Part shown: piece by piece, positions 8,605 through 17,598 of the stretch
Layout of the letters: every line of letters starts with the position of its first letter
Position numbering within the stretch: position 1 is the first letter of the stretch
Source of the DNA: an uncultured Methanosarcinales archaeon
Lineage (GTDB): Archaea; Nanobdellota; Nanobdellia; Woesearchaeales; CAZPJY01
DNA: 34,671 nt
Assembly: GCA_964587045.1 (NCBI GenBank)
Contig: CAZPJY010000021.1
Span: 1 to 34,671 of the forward strand
Reading direction: 5' to 3'
Notes under the pieces: generated by a model
What the model saw: the letters and a program-made list of their open reading frames with translations, nothing else
What the model was told of the DNA's origin: nothing
Database searches by the model: none
Translations under genes and position numbers: made by a program

Positions 8605-9183
8605 ATGATGGAAAAGGCTAACAAGGAAGATTTCTCAAAGCTGAGAAAGCAGATTGACGAGGCAGAACAGCAAAGGGAGGGGCTCATAAGAGATTCCAGG
8701 GACATCCTGACTCTCTCTAAGCAGATGATATTCCAGGTCCACCGAAAGGATATGAATGCGGCATCAGAGTCCAGAAAGGCGTTGGAGAGCTCCTACAAGG
8801 CCTTCGTGGCCAAGTACGACAATCAGGACAGCGGTTCTTACCGGGTAGCGGTTCAGGAGTACGTCGAGGCAGCCGCACTCTACTCCTTCGTAAAGGAAGG
8901 CAAGCTGCCAACATCTGACGAGCTGCACGCAAACGTAGAGGGCTACCTCCTAGGGGTCTGCGACCTCTCAGGCGAGCTCGTGAGGCTCGCGGTGAATTCA
9001 GCCATAAGAGAGGAGTACAGCACTGTCAAGAAGGTCAGGGAGTTCCTAGGCAGCCTGTACGAGCAGCTGCTCGGGCTTTCCCTGCGCAGGGGGGACCTCC
9101 GCAAGAAGTTCGACAGCGTCAAGTGGGACCTGAACCGGATCGACGAGCTGGTCCTCAACCTGAAGATGAGGGATTCCATTTGA
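8605..9183 (+). CDS. translin/TRAX (C3PO) family protein
   Basis: All-helical protein with QEYVEA and YLLGVCDLSGELVR, matching the TRAX-type ExxE and DxxGE catalytic motifs. Confidence 0.88.
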   Translation: MMEKANKEDFSKLRKQIDEAEQQREGLIRDSRDILTLSKQMIFQVHRKDMNAASESRKALESSYKAFVAKYDNQDSGSYRVAVQEYVEAAALYSFVKEGKLPTSDELHANVEGYLLGVCDLSGELVRLAVNSAIREEYSTVKKVREFLGSLYEQLLGLSLRRGDLRKKFDSVKWDLNRIDELVLNLKMRDSI

Positions 9184-9404
9184 ATGAGGATATCAAGAAG
9201 CAGGCCAAGGAGATTATGGATGAGTTCATGGCTGCCATGGAGCGCGCTGGCGTAAAGCCTGACAAAGCCGCTGGCCTGGAGAGGGAAGCCCAGGTCAGGA
9301 CAGGGCTCGAGCCTTGCCAGGATAAGGAGTTTCCAGAGCTCATGCTCAAAAACGCACCCAAGGTCAAAGACCATTCCGTTGTCGCCGAGAGGAAGAATTG
9401 GTAA
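9180..9404 (+). CDS. gatC: Asp-tRNA(Asn)/Glu-tRNA(Gln) amidotransferase subunit C
   Basis: About 74 aa, immediately before gatA, with the C-terminal MLKNAPKVKDH pattern typical of GatC. Probable TTG start overlapping the translin stop (TTGA). Confidence 0.75.
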   Translation: MNEDIKKQAKEIMDEFMAAMERAGVKPDKAAGLEREAQVRTGLEPCQDKEFPELMLKNAPKVKDHSVVAERKNW

Positions 9405-9406
9405 GC

Positions 9407-10663
9407 ATGGACCAAATCCAAAAATACCTGCAGCGAATCGAGGAGAGCGACTCGAACTCTTTCCTCTATGTGAATCCCAACGCTGAGAAGGAAGCCAAAA
9501 ACGCGGACGGCAAGCTGGCAGGTATGGCATTTGCCATCAAGTCAAACATCAACGTCAAAGGACTCCCAGTGACCTGCGCATCAAAAGTGCTCGGAGGGAA
9601 GAGGCCATACATAGGCACTTTCGACGCCGACGTCATATCCAGAATCAGGGCCGAAGGAGGGGTCATCCTGGGCATGACCAACATGGACGAGTTCGCATGC
9701 GGCAGCTCAGGCGAGAGCAGCGCCTTTGGCCCGTCAAAGAACCCAGCAGCAAGAGAGCATATACCTGGGGGGAGCTCGAGCGGGAGCGCAGCCGCCGTTG
9801 CAGAAGGCCTTTGCGACGCCGCGCTCGGATCAGACACTGGGGGCAGCATCAGGAATCCTGCCTCGCACTGCGGGGTGGTCGGAATCAAGCCCAGGTACGG
9901 GCGCGTCTCCAGGCACGGACTGATAGACCTGTCCATGTCGCTGGACCAGATAGGCCCTTTCAGCCGCGATGTGGAGACAGCGGCCCGCGTGCTTGAGGTA
10001 ATAGCGGGCCCGAGCCCGAACGATCCTACCACCATCAAAAGCCCGGTCGGAAACCTCACCATACCAAAAAGAGGTAGAATCAAGTTCGGGATATCAGGCG
10101 AGCTCGACGCCTTATGCCATGATCCTAGGATCATGAAAGTCATCCATGGCAAGCTGGAAGGCCTCTCGCCGGTCGATGTGAGTCTGGACGGGGTGGATCT
10201 CGCAGTCCAGGCGTACTACCCCCTGGTTTATGTCGAGTTCTTCAGCGGGACGAGGAGGTTCGACGGAAGGAAGTATGGCGAGGTGATAGAGGAGGTCGCC
10301 GGTCCAGAGGTGCTGCGGAGAATCATGGGAGGGAGGGAGATATCGAAGGCGGAATTCAAAGGGAGGTACTACAGGATGGCCCTCGCGGTCAAGAAGAGCA
10401 TTGCGGAATCGTTTTCAAGGGCCTTCAGGAAGACCGATGTGATAGTATCCGCAGTCACCCCTATCCTTCCTCACAGGTTGGGTGAGGAGATATCTGACCC
10501 GAGGGTCATGTACGCCTATGACGCCCTGACCGTACCCGTCAACCTGGCGGGCTGCTGCGCCGGGGTAATCCCTGCCGGCAAGGTTGGGGGCGTTCCGGTG
10601 GGCATGCAGGTTATAGCGCCTGACGAGGAGACCCTGTTTTCCGCATTGGAGATGATTTCATGA
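9407..10663 (+). CDS. gatA: Asp-tRNA(Asn)/Glu-tRNA(Gln) amidotransferase subunit A
   Basis: Amidase signature: catalytic Lys (AIKSN), TNMDEFACGSS, PGGSSSGSAAAVA and GSDTGGSIRNPA. GatA-specific RFDGRKYG and EVLRRIMGG. Confidence 0.93.
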   Translation: MDQIQKYLQRIEESDSNSFLYVNPNAEKEAKNADGKLAGMAFAIKSNINVKGLPVTCASKVLGGKRPYIGTFDADVISRIRAEGGVILGMTNMDEFACGSSGESSAFGPSKNPAAREHIPGGSSSGSAAAVAEGLCDAALGSDTGGSIRNPASHCGVVGIKPRYGRVSRHGLIDLSMSLDQIGPFSRDVETAARVLEVIAGPSPNDPTTIKSPVGNLTIPKRGRIKFGISGELDALCHDPRIMKVIHGKLEGLSPVDVSLDGVDLAVQAYYPLVYVEFFSGTRRFDGRKYGEVIEEVAGPEVLRRIMGGREISKAEFKGRYYRMALAVKKSIAESFSRAFRKTDVIVSAVTPILPHRLGEEISDPRVMYAYDALTVPVNLAGCCAGVIPAGKVGGVPVGMQVIAPDEETLFSALEMIS

Positions 10664-10837
10664 CCGGACACTCACATATTTTCATCATCCTGATTGTGAG
10701 GACTTTGGGCCAGCGGCTGCGGAGGCCCAATACAGGATTACTCAGAGTTACAAGATAACCTAAATGTTTCAGTGCTATCATAACCAGAATCAATGATTCA
10801 GGAGAATTCAACAGAACCAACAAAAGAGGTGGAAAAC

Positions 10838-11464
10838 ATGCTTGATTTAGGAGAAGTGAAATTAGAGTGGCTCGGACACGCGAGCTTCAAGATACAGGGA
10901 GATAAGAACATCTACATCGACCCCTATAACGTCGATGAGCCTGAGGCAGCTGACATCATCCTGATCACACACAGCCACTATGACCACTGCAGCATCGAGG
11001 ACCTGAGGGACCTCTCAAATGAGAGCACAGTCATAGTCGCGCCTCCCGACTGCCAGAGCAAGCTAAAAGACATAAAGAAGAGTGAGGTCATACTTGTGGC
11101 GCCGAGCAAGAAGTTCCAGATCGGCGACATCGAGATCGAGACCGTGCCCGCCTACAATCTCGACAAGCAGTTCCATCCCAAAGCCAACAACTGGGTGGGC
11201 TACATTGTGACTGTCGCAGGGAAGAGGTTCTACCACGCCGGCGACACTGACGCGGTGCCTGAGATGGCCGAACTAAAGGACATCGACGTTGCCATGCTTC
11301 CGGTCGGCGGGACGTACACCATGACCGCAGAGGAGGCTGCCAAAGCCTGCAACGCCTTCAAGCCCAAGATTGCAGTGCCAATGCATTGGGGCTCTATAGT
11401 CGGAGGGAAGAGCGATGCTGAGCGCTTCAAGGAGCTCTGCGAGGCAGAAGTCAGGATTCTCTGA
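10838..11464 (+). CDS. MBL-fold metallo-hydrolase
   Basis: WLGHASF, IDPY, THSHYDH, YHAGDT, LPVGG.YTM and PMHWG motifs. SD GAGGTG before ATG 10838. Confidence 0.92.
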   Translation: MLDLGEVKLEWLGHASFKIQGDKNIYIDPYNVDEPEAADIILITHSHYDHCSIEDLRDLSNESTVIVAPPDCQSKLKDIKKSEVILVAPSKKFQIGDIEIETVPAYNLDKQFHPKANNWVGYIVTVAGKRFYHAGDTDAVPEMAELKDIDVAMLPVGGTYTMTAEEAAKACNAFKPKIAVPMHWGSIVGGKSDAERFKELCEAEVRIL

Positions 11465-11495
11465 CGCAATCTTTTTATAACGAGTATGAAATCCT

Positions 11496-13262
11496 ATGAT
11501 TAAAATGAAGACCAGCCTTAGAACTCATACGTGCGGTGAGCTAACCGCCAAGGATGTGGGAACCACGGTCTCGCTTTGCGGCTGGGTCCAGTCGAGGAGG
11601 GACCATGGGGGAGTTATTTTCATCGACCTGCGGGACCGATACGGTCTGACCCAGATAGTCTTTGATCCCCGCAATGACGATAACGCCCACTCCGCTGCCG
11701 AGGACATCAGACGGGAGTTCGTCCTGCGGGCTCATGGCAAGGTCAGGAACCGCGCTGAAGGCATGGTCAACCCCAAGATGGCCACAGGGGAGATCGAGGT
11801 CATCACCGACGCGGTGGAGGTCCTGTCCAAGAGCGAGATGCCCCCTTTCGAGATAGAAGACAACATCGACTGCAGCGATGACGTCCGGCTGAAATACAGG
11901 TACCTGGACCTCAGAAGGCCGCAGATGCGGCATAACATGATTGCGAGGCACAAGATTGCCAAGCTCGTCCGCGACTACTTCGACGGGGAGGGGTTCATCG
12001 AGATCGAGACCCCGATGATAGCCAAGTCGACCCCTGAGGGAGCTAGGGACTACCTTGTTCCCAGCAGGAAGTATGCTGGGCAGTTCTACGCCCTGCCCCA
12101 GAGCCCCCAGATATTCAAGCAGCTCTGCATGGTGGCTGGTTTTGACCGCTACTGCCAGATCGTCCGGTGCTTCCGGGACGAGGACCTCAGGGCGGACAGG
12201 CAGCCTGAGTTCACCCAGATTGACATCGAGATGAGCTTCATCCAGCGCGAAGACCTGTTCAAGGTCATCGAGGGCATGATGAAGAAGCTCATCAAGGAGA
12301 CAAAAGGCATTGACATCAAGGTCCCAATCAGGAGAATCGCGTACGATGAGGCGATGGCGCTTTACGGGTCTGACAAGCCCGACCTGAGGTTCGGCCTCCC
12401 ACTGGCAGACGTCACCGGGACTGCCCACAAGTCCGATTACAACATCTTCAAGAACGCAGAGCTCGTCAAATGCCTGAAGGTGTCACATTCATTCTCCAGA
12501 AACGAGATTGACGAGTTCACAACGCTCGTCAGCAGGTACGGCGCAAAAGGCCTCTCATGGACGCGCGTCAAAGGCGGAAAATTCGAGAGCGGCGCCGCCA
12601 AGTTCCTGGCCGGCAAGACTGAAGCTGCGCTGATCAAGGAGCTCGGCGCAAAGGACGGCGAGACGCTAATGTTCGTTGCCGGACCTGAAAAAGTGGTCAA
12701 CGACAGCCTCGCGAATCTGCGCCTGAAGGTTGGTAGTATGCTGGGACAGATTGATGACACCAAGATTGAGCTTGCATGGATAGTCGACTTCCCCTTGATG
12801 GAGTGGAGCGACGAGGAGCAGAGGTGGGTGTCGATGCATCATCCGTTCACCAGGCCTCTGAAGGAGGATGAGCACCTGCTTGACAAGAGCCCGGAGAAGG
12901 CTAGGAGCAACGGCTACGACTTAGTAATGAACGGCAACGAGATTGCCGGTGGCTCCATAAGGATCAACGAGCCAGAGCTTCAAGCCAAGATATTCAAGGC
13001 TTTGGGACTGTCGAAGGAGCAGGCAGAGGAGAAGTTCGGCTTCCTCATGGGCGCTTTCAGGTACGGGGCCCCCCCACACGGGGGGATCGCGTTCGGACTG
13101 GACAGGCTGGTCGCCCTGCTTACCGGAAACGACTCCATCAGGGAGGTCATAGCGTTCCCGAAGAACAAGAACGCGCAGGACCTGATGATGGGATCTCCCA
13201 ATTCTGTCGACGACAAGCAGCTGCGCGAGCTGCACATCAAGCTTGATATGCCAAAGAAATGA
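11496..13262 (+). CDS. aspS: aspartate--tRNA ligase, bacterial type with insertion (GAD) domain, likely non-discriminating
   Basis: 588 aa. RTHTCGEL, RDHGGVIFIDLRDRYG, STPEGARDYLVPSR, YALPQSPQ, CFRDEDLRADRQPEFTQ, GGSIRI and APPHGGIAFGLDR motifs. Confidence 0.97.
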   Translation: MIKMKTSLRTHTCGELTAKDVGTTVSLCGWVQSRRDHGGVIFIDLRDRYGLTQIVFDPRNDDNAHSAAEDIRREFVLRAHGKVRNRAEGMVNPKMATGEIEVITDAVEVLSKSEMPPFEIEDNIDCSDDVRLKYRYLDLRRPQMRHNMIARHKIAKLVRDYFDGEGFIEIETPMIAKSTPEGARDYLVPSRKYAGQFYALPQSPQIFKQLCMVAGFDRYCQIVRCFRDEDLRADRQPEFTQIDIEMSFIQREDLFKVIEGMMKKLIKETKGIDIKVPIRRIAYDEAMALYGSDKPDLRFGLPLADVTGTAHKSDYNIFKNAELVKCLKVSHSFSRNEIDEFTTLVSRYGAKGLSWTRVKGGKFESGAAKFLAGKTEAALIKELGAKDGETLMFVAGPEKVVNDSLANLRLKVGSMLGQIDDTKIELAWIVDFPLMEWSDEEQRWVSMHHPFTRPLKEDEHLLDKSPEKARSNGYDLVMNGNEIAGGSIRINEPELQAKIFKALGLSKEQAEEKFGFLMGAFRYGAPPHGGIAFGLDRLVALLTGNDSIREVIAFPKNKNAQDLMMGSPNSVDDKQLRELHIKLDMPKK

Positions 13263-13349
13263 TTTTTTCTTACCTTTAGCGTAATAGGTCCGGGAATGCA
13301 ATTTGAAGAAAGAGAAACATTTTTTTAATCCACCACCAATAATAAGTGC

Positions 13350-14525
13350 ATGGAATATTCAATCTACCCGCTCAAGGATCCTGACAAACCAATAAAGGTA
13401 CCATCAAATCCTTTTTGGGATGTGTTCAAACGTTTCGGTCGTGACGAGTTCATCTCGATGCTGATCAATGTCGCAGGCACGGCAGCCGCTGAGACACTGA
13501 TGAGGGGTTCTCTTGGCAGGACGCTTGGAAAGACCGCAAGGGATTGGATCCTGGCCTGGACTGGGCCGGTAGTAGAGAAGTTGGGCTTCTTCCCCGGCCA
13601 TATGAAGGATGCCCACGACGTGTACAAGAGGACACCCGAGAAGGAACGCAAGAAGATTGGCTACTATTTCAAGCGTACCTTCAAGGGAGGCATGACCAGC
13701 CTTATAGAAGACATTCTGGTCCACGATCCCATATACGCTGTCCTGATGCTACTGGGCCTGCATGTCTACACTGAGACCCCTGCCTGGATACTATCAACCA
13801 CCAGCTTCATTCTCGCGGTGCTTGCGGTTTCCGGGCTCGAAGTCGGCATCCATGAAGCAAGGTACTGGAGCCTCAAGAGCAGGTTGTACAAGATGGGTTT
13901 CGGCAAGGAATCCTATTATGAATCACGCTTCCTGATCAGGGCAAACCGAAATCCGGACAAGGTAGTAAATAGGGTCGTCAAGGAATTCGGCCTCCCAAAA
14001 CCTCAGGCCATCGAGTATTTCGACAAGTATTTTAACAACAGCATGAGCAGCTACTCCAACAGGACTCCAAAACTTCGTCTGAGAAAGAGGAGCCTTCCAG
14101 ACGGCGGATGGTCCCAGAGCGCTCAGATCACCTTCACCCGAGCGACTGAGATGAGCCAGGAAAAGCATGACCAGTTCAGATATTTCCCGGTTAGGAAGGA
14201 CAAACTGTATTTCATGCTCGATCAAAAGATGCCTAGTGAACTAAAAGAAATCAGAGACCCACAAGTCAAGAGATTCTTGGAGAGGACCCTAAAGGGTGAA
14301 GAGAGCAAGGAAGTGCATTTCACAAGGCTGGTCTCATATGCGCCCAGCGCATTCCTAATATCAGCAGACAGGATCCAAGGCAACAGGCCCTTCTTCGTGG
14401 TCGAGATAAAGACCTATCGGAACATCAGGCTCCTAAAAGAGGTGATGCGCTTTGTCATGCGAGAATTCCCTGTGGTGCAGACCACACACGGCAAGCTCGA
14501 TCTCACGCTCTTCCAAAGGAACTGA
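13350..14525 (+). CDS. membrane protein with C-terminal CYTH/triphosphate-tunnel-like domain
   Basis: Two to three hydrophobic segments in the N-terminal half. The C-terminal half has YESRF..., DKYF, KLRLRKR, FTR, SADR and VVEIK in CYTH-like order. Confidence 0.55.
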   Translation: MEYSIYPLKDPDKPIKVPSNPFWDVFKRFGRDEFISMLINVAGTAAAETLMRGSLGRTLGKTARDWILAWTGPVVEKLGFFPGHMKDAHDVYKRTPEKERKKIGYYFKRTFKGGMTSLIEDILVHDPIYAVLMLLGLHVYTETPAWILSTTSFILAVLAVSGLEVGIHEARYWSLKSRLYKMGFGKESYYESRFLIRANRNPDKVVNRVVKEFGLPKPQAIEYFDKYFNNSMSSYSNRTPKLRLRKRSLPDGGWSQSAQITFTRATEMSQEKHDQFRYFPVRKDKLYFMLDQKMPSELKEIRDPQVKRFLERTLKGEESKEVHFTRLVSYAPSAFLISADRIQGNRPFFVVEIKTYRNIRLLKEVMRFVMREFPVVQTTHGKLDLTLFQRN

Positions 14526-14567
14526 CATGTAGTAATCTTTAAATTAAACCTGTTCTATCAGTCCATC

Positions 14568-15329
14568 ATGAGTCTAACAGAGAACCAGGAAATCTTTCTT
14601 TCCGGTTATGTGAAACCGGTTCTCGAGCATTTCAGCAGGACCGAACTGATGGTCCGAGCGGAAAAACAAGTTCCAAGGATTTTCGTCAACAGGGAAGAAG
14701 GATTCAATATCGAGAGTGTGTTGGAGTCCCTGCCTGATGAAGAACGGGGTGTCCTTTCGCAAAAGTTTGACAAGGGCTGCAGCTTCTACTCCCCCATCGT
14801 CAATGTGGTATACATTCACAATTTGAGGAAATCAGACATCGCAGAGGAGGCCACGCATTTCTGCCATAACCTGAACGCGCCGAACGACTTCTCCAACCTG
14901 TCGAGGAAGGGTGATTGCTTATGGGCAGTCATAATGTACGAGGCCTTGGGATTCTACGGCTCAAAGGTGATCCAACCCTGGAGGCGGCCTATTAAGATCG
15001 AATCGCTTGATGAAAAGGACCCTTATCAGAAAAGCCTGATTGACGGCTATTACAATCAAATTGAGTTCATGAGCGCGGTGGTTTATACAACTCCTGAGAA
15101 TGACGTGCCTGACGATGTGATGCCCCTGTTTTTCCAAAACGAGAGCCTGATGCAACCCTACAGGGATCTGGCGCATATCATGGGTTACGAGCTGGGCCAG
15201 ACCTTCTTCAAGCGCAAGAGGAGGGATCTCGCGCTGCGTATCTTCAACAATCCTTTGAAGGAGAACCTCTTCATAACCTACCTTAACATCCTTGAGAACC
15301 TCAACGGCGTCGACGAGACAAGAGTATAG
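14568..15329 (+). CDS. hypothetical protein, possible zincin-like peptidase (EExxH variant)
   Basis: FYSP..NVVYI strand followed by AEEATHF and a downstream YEALGFYGSK helix. Confidence 0.55.
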   Translation: MSLTENQEIFLSGYVKPVLEHFSRTELMVRAEKQVPRIFVNREEGFNIESVLESLPDEERGVLSQKFDKGCSFYSPIVNVVYIHNLRKSDIAEEATHFCHNLNAPNDFSNLSRKGDCLWAVIMYEALGFYGSKVIQPWRRPIKIESLDEKDPYQKSLIDGYYNQIEFMSAVVYTTPENDVPDDVMPLFFQNESLMQPYRDLAHIMGYELGQTFFKRKRRDLALRIFNNPLKENLFITYLNILENLNGVDETRV

Positions 15330-16971
15330 CGGCCGCTGCCCCAGTGATTCCACCCAGCAGGAATATCAGGACTCCGCGTTCGAAATATCCCATCATGAGC
15401 TTCGGCCTTGGGGGGAAGTACTCATCGAGGTTGGAGAACTCAAGCGCGTATTCTGCAAATAGGAGAGAAAGGTAGGGCTGGTCCTCCCTGAGTGATTTCG
15501 AGTACTCGTAGTAAGAATAGCCGATTATGGGGAAAGGCTTCTTTGCAATCTGCCTTCCTATGCTCCTTTCCACAACCTCGAGTTTTGCATCGAGCAGGTC
15601 GGATAGGTCCGCCTCATCGAGCTGCATGAGTGAGAGCATGATGTCAGACTCGGCCTTTGCCTTGCTGGCCTCGAAAACGCACAGCCCGTATTCCCCCAAC
15701 TGGGAAAGCTCAACGGCATGGGTCAATGACTCTTCAATAGATTCCGGATGGATCCCCAGGAACATGTTCAGGTACTGGTACCTTTCCTCGGCCTCCCGGG
15801 TCTTCTGGTAGCATGTATCCTCCTGGACTGTCAGGTCGACCAGCTTGTCGTCATCGTTGTAAAAGAAGTCCCCCCAATAGAGGGCAGAGTAGTACCTCTC
15901 TATTCCCTGAGCCAGGGACGTCCTCTCTCCGGGCCCATCGCCTTCCTCCTTTGCTATGTATGCATTATCGAGCTGTTTCGTCGCCTCAGACAGGCGCGAC
16001 CTGACAATTATGTCCGTTTGGAAGTCTGTAAGCGTGTCCGGAGAGTAGTTGCCAATCCTTGAATCGAAGTCTGCTATCTTGTCAGTAAGCCAGGACATCA
16101 GCTGGTCAGCGTAGCTGTCGGATATGTTCATCAGCAGCACTTTCCTGGCATCGAGGTTTGCTGTAAAACAGAAGCTCGCCTTCGTATAGTAAAGGCCGTC
16201 GGTTTCATCTGCGCGCTGGGAATAGTTGCGTGCCTTCTGAGCCTCGTAGCTCTCATCACCCCCTATCTCCTCCAAGAGACTCTTTGTCCTGCTGCACATC
16301 TTGGATGCTATCTCACCCATTATGCGCTCGTAGCCGGGATCTATCTTGATCTCTCCTTTCTCAGGCTCAAAACCGTATAGGTCATAGAGGACCTCTCCTA
16401 TGTCGTCGACCTCCTTCACCTTGATACTTATGGTTTCGTTACCGGCATTTATCGCCTTGTAAATGTCAGATTTTAGGAACTCTCCAGCAGGCACGTATAT
16501 GGTTGAGAAGTTCAGCTCGTCTGCCTTGCGGATCTTGGCGTCGATTCCGCCGACTGGTCCTATCACACCCCCCGAGTTGATTGTGCCTGTGATCACAACA
16601 TCAAGGGGAAGCTCCCAGCCCTTCAGCGAGGCAATTGTCAGGAGAGCGATTGCAGCGCCTGCCGACGGCCCGCCTATGATGGACGACTGGCTCCTTAGAG
16701 TGTATATGAAATCCTTGTCCGTGCAGTCCTCATCTATATACGTGCATGCCACGTCACGCGCAAGTCTTGTGGATATCTGCGTGTCGAACTTGGAAAGGGG
16801 GTAAGTGTCTATGTACACTCTCCCCATGCCCGGTATGACATCGAGGGTCACGTCCGCAGGACTCCCGACGAACTCGCCGTTCTCCTCAGTGACAGCTATC
16901 AGCATCATGTGGTAAGCCGATGCCGTCGGCAGGACAAGTACAAGCATGATCATCAGGGCTGCGAGTCGCAT
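15301..16971 (-). CDS. membrane-anchored Lon-like (S16) serine protease, archaeal COG1750 type
   Basis: N-terminal signal peptide, GGPSAG (catalytic Ser), TGTI..GG.IGPVGGIDAK (catalytic Lys), long helical region, C-terminal TM followed by RRRR. No AAA domain. Confidence 0.9.
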   Translation of the reverse strand: MRLAALMIMLVLVLPTASAYHMMLIAVTEENGEFVGSPADVTLDVIPGMGRVYIDTYPLSKFDTQISTRLARDVACTYIDEDCTDKDFIYTLRSQSSIIGGPSAGAAIALLTIASLKGWELPLDVVITGTINSGGVIGPVGGIDAKIRKADELNFSTIYVPAGEFLKSDIYKAINAGNETISIKVKEVDDIGEVLYDLYGFEPEKGEIKIDPGYERIMGEIASKMCSRTKSLLEEIGGDESYEAQKARNYSQRADETDGLYYTKASFCFTANLDARKVLLMNISDSYADQLMSWLTDKIADFDSRIGNYSPDTLTDFQTDIIVRSRLSEATKQLDNAYIAKEEGDGPGERTSLAQGIERYYSALYWGDFFYNDDDKLVDLTVQEDTCYQKTREAEERYQYLNMFLGIHPESIEESLTHAVELSQLGEYGLCVFEASKAKAESDIMLSLMQLDEADLSDLLDAKLEVVERSIGRQIAKKPFPIIGYSYYEYSKSLREDQPYLSLLFAEYALEFSNLDEYFPPRPKLMMGYFERGVLIFLLGGITGAAAAILLSRRRR

Positions 16972-17002
16972 CGGGTCCGAGAAACATCAAAGTTATATAA
17001 AG

Positions 17003-17302
17003 CTATACGCCTGCTCTGCGGAGGATTTTATGAAGGTCGCTCCTGCACTTTTCACGTATCTTCTCCTGGAAGTGAGCAAGCTCCAACCCTTCCTGCTTGG
17101 AGAGCTTCCCCTGCCTGTGCCTGATCCTGAATTCAGACTCGTAGTTGTCGAGCTTTATCTGGGCCGTGCCGATCTCAGCGACCGCAACTAGAAGCAGTTT
17201 CTTTTCAGAAAGTTTTTTCTTGTACTTATAGACTTCCCTTGTGAACTTCTCCAGCTTTAGGTCGCTGATTTCAAACTTTTTGTCGTCAATCCTTACTATC
17301 AT
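17003..17302 (-). CDS. small basic hypothetical protein
   Basis: Fills the intergenic space. ATG 17302 lies a leaderless distance from a TTAAATAA box near 17324-17331. An alternative start exists at 17320. Confidence 0.65.
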   Translation of the reverse strand: MIVRIDDKKFEISDLKLEKFTREVYKYKKKLSEKKLLLVAVAEIGTAQIKLDNYESEFRIRHRQGKLSKQEGLELAHFQEKIREKCRSDLHKILRRAGV

Positions 17303-17379
17303 AAGGATACTGTTATGCATGGGTTATTTAAGCTTTCTCTCCCAAAAGTATTTATAGGAATCTCGCAAACATTGTTGGT

Positions 17380-17598
17380 ATGGATGTCGATTCTGAGCTC
17401 AAGAAGCTAGGGGAAGAGGAGGAGAAGCTGGCCAAGTGGGTCAACTACTTCATCAAGCGCTTCAAGGCGATTGAAGATGAGAACGCCCAGCTCAAAAAAG
17501 ATGTCGCCGAGCTGAAGAAGAAGAACGAGATTCTGGGAAGGAGCGTCCTTACCCTTTTTGAGAAGAAGAAAAATCCTCCTTTAAGGGACCGTCATTGA
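17380..17598 (+). CDS. small coiled-coil hypothetical protein
   Basis: Heptad pattern IEDENAQLKKDVAELKKKNEIL. Upstream CAAAAG-TATTTATA box. Converges on topA and overlaps it by 50 nt. Confidence 0.7.
   Translation: MDVDSELKKLGEEEEKLAKWVNYFIKRFKAIEDENAQLKKDVAELKKKNEILGRSVLTLFEKKKNPPLRDRH

Noticed and set aside
11541..12428. 295-aa antisense ORF within aspS
   Set aside because: Shadow ORF opposite a well-conserved gene, expected from GC-rich third codon positions, with no motif.
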